Shown here in pieces: positions 62,417-64,000 of a stretch of 64,000 bases of DNA (positions are counted from its first letter, which is position 1; every line of letters begins with the position of its first letter). Location of the stretch: positions 690 to 64,689 of the forward strand of contig PWNQ01000165.1 in the NCBI GenBank assembly GCA_003557725.1, in the 5' to 3' direction. Source of the stretch: Bacteroidales bacterium. GTDB lineage: Bacteria > Bacteroidota > Bacteroidia > Bacteroidales > PWNQ01. The notes beneath the pieces are model-generated. The model had not been told where the DNA came from, ran no database searches, and saw nothing but the letters and a program-made list of their open reading frames with translations. Made by a program: the position numbers and the translations under genes.

Positions 62417-62481
62417 TAAGTTTTTTCACAAGGTTGTTTTTTCACCTGTAAGCCGTTGTATTTTTGCAGAAACGGCAAGAT

Positions 62482-64000
62482 ATGCACGCAGAATATAACG
62501 AACAGAGTATAAAGTCGCTGGACTGGAAAGACCACATTCGGGCTCGTCCCGGGATGTATATTGGCAAACTGGGAGAAGGTTCGTCCCGGGATGACGGCAT
62601 TTATGTTCTTCTGAAGGAAACTATTGATAACTCTGTTGATGAGTTTGTTATGGGGTATGGGCGAAAGATTGAAGTGGATATTAAAGAAGGGGAGGCCACT
62701 GTCAGGGACTACGGGCGCGGCATTCCTTTGGGCAAAGTGGTGGAATGTGTTTCCCGGATCAATACCGGAGCAAAATATGATTCCCGGGTGTTTAAGAAGG
62801 CGGTGGGGCTTAATGGTGTGGGGACAAAGGCAGTAAATGCACTGGCAAGTAGGTTCACCGTAAAGTCTGTTCGCGATGGGAAAGCCAGAGTGGTTACCTA
62901 TAGCCGGGGCATACTTACCCGGGATGACATGCTGGAGACCAAAGAACCCAACGGTACCGAGGTGAAATTTGTCCCTGATGATCAGATATTTGGAAACTAT
63001 CGCTTTATCTCAGAGCACATTGAAAAGCAACTATGGAACTATGCTTATCTGAATAAAGGGCTGACCTTAAGGTATAATGGATTTGTTATCAAGTCCACCA
63101 ATGGTTTGCTGGACCTTCTCACAAGCCAAACGGACGAATCCTTTATATTTCCCGTAGTTCATATTGCTGAAGACGATTTTGAATGTGCTTTTTCATATTG
63201 CGACCGGAAATACGGGGAAGACTATTATACTTTTGTAAACGGTCAGCATACTCCACAGGGGGGTACTCATCAGGCAACGTTCCGGGAAGCTTTGGTTAAG
63301 ACCATTCGTGACTTTTACAAGAAGGATTTTGACCCGTCGGATATCCGGGGGTCTATTGTTTCGGCGGTAAGCATTAAGATACAGGAGCCTGTTTTTGAGT
63401 CGCAAACAAAAACCAAGCTGGGTTCGCAGCATATGGAGCCCAATGGGCGGACTATTCGCAATTATATTTGGGATATTTTAAGCCGGAACCTGGACAACTA
63501 CCTGCACCGTCATACAGAAACGGCGGAATTGCTGCTTCAGAAGATCCAGCTCAACGAGCGTGAGCGAAAGGAGATGGCCGGGATAAAAAAGAAAGCCCGG
63601 GAGACAGCTAAGCGGGCAAGCTTGCATAACAAGAAGCTGCGGGATTGCAAGGTGCATTATAACTCAAAGCATGAAGACCGCCTGGAGTCCACCTTGTTTA
63701 TTACCGAAGGGGATTCTGCCAGCGGCTCCATTACCAAAGCCAGGAAAGTTAGAACACAGGCAGTTTTTAGCCTGAAAGGAAAGCCCCTAAACAGCTATAG
63801 CCTGGCCAAAAAGGTGGTTTATGAGAATGAAGAGTTCAACCTGTTACAGACAGCACTGAACATCGAAGACGGTCTGGAGAACTTGCGGTACAACAATATT
63901 GTTGTTGCTACCGATGCCGATGTGGATGGTATGCATATACGGTTATTGCTTATGACATTCTTTCTGAAGTTTTTTCCCGAGCTGGTAAAGAAAGGCCATT
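62482..64000 (+). CDS. parE: type IIA topoisomerase subunit B, most likely topoisomerase IV ParE (3' end beyond window)
   Basis: Not in the ORF track (no stop). The ATG at 62482 gives [35 protein letters not shown]...[12 protein letters not shown]...RDYGRGIP...[14 protein letters not shown], and the Toprim motif TEGDSA follows. Confidence 0.8.
   Translation, partial: MHAEYNEQSIKSLDWKDHIRARPGMYIGKLGEGSSRDDGIYVLLKETIDNSVDEFVMGYGRKIEVDIKEGEATVRDYGRGIPLGKVVECVSRINTGAKYDSRVFKKAVGLNGVGTKAVNALASRFTVKSVRDGKARVVTYSRGILTRDDMLETKEPNGTEVKFVPDDQIFGNYRFISEHIEKQLWNYAYLNKGLTLRYNGFVIKSTNGLLDLLTSQTDESFIFPVVHIAEDDFECAFSYCDRKYGEDYYTFVNGQHTPQGGTHQATFREALVKTIRDFYKKDFDPSDIRGSIVSAVSIKIQEPVFESQTKTKLGSQHMEPNGRTIRNYIWDILSRNLDNYLHRHTETAELLLQKIQLNERERKEMAGIKKKARETAKRASLHNKKLRDCKVHYNSKHEDRLESTLFITEGDSASGSITKARKVRTQAVFSLKGKPLNSYSLAKKVVYENEEFNLLQTALNIEDGLENLRYNNIVVATDADVDGMHIRLLLMTFFLKFFPELVKKGH

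Overview
This is a 64-kb chromosomal window from a Bacteroidota genome. Supporting signs are three proteins with T9SS C-terminal sorting domains, TAnnTTTG-type promoter boxes, a long-tailed ribosomal protein S16 and a ParE-type topoisomerase. Most of the window is housekeeping: SSF symporter (partial), tex, rimM-rpsP, dnaE, trxA, rnpB, dnaX, tRNA-Leu/tRNA-Gly, mutS, a TrmH-family methyltransferase, ung, truA and parE (partial). These are interleaved with envelope and secreted proteins: OmpA-family and Omp85-like proteins, an M16 peptidase, a serine hydrolase, a BNR/sortilin-like T9SS cargo and a 2412-aa repetitive T9SS adhesin with a lamin-tail domain. Accessory content of note: (1) a carotenoid-tailoring operon (CrtW-type ketolase, acyltransferase, GT2). 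(2) A [FeFe]-hydrogenase locus, hydC-hydB-hydA, followed by a tightly coupled five-gene module (DRTGG, GHKL ATPase, H-cluster-like Fe-S protein, DRTGG, PHP phosphoesterase) plus a second GHKL ATPase. This module looks like a functionally uncharacterised H2/redox-sensing system and is my top candidate for a novel system. Both of its promoter regions carry perfect TGTTA-N6-TAACA (Rex/CRP-like) palindromes. (3) A MITE-like repeat family with 17-bp terminal inverted repeats and perfect 4-bp target-site duplications (8 copies or fragments, all intergenic), plus a second mosaic GC-rich repeat. (4) Possible recoding or decay signals: an A9 slippery run in dnaX at the gamma/tau boundary, an in-frame TGA at a conserved Gly of a PlsC-like acyltransferase, an A8 run at the 5' end of mutS, and a non-canonical TSCSPGW motif in HydA. 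No CRISPR array, rRNA, prophage, autonomous transposase or recognisable defence system was seen. All calls rest on reading the sequence and remembered family signatures; no searches were run.
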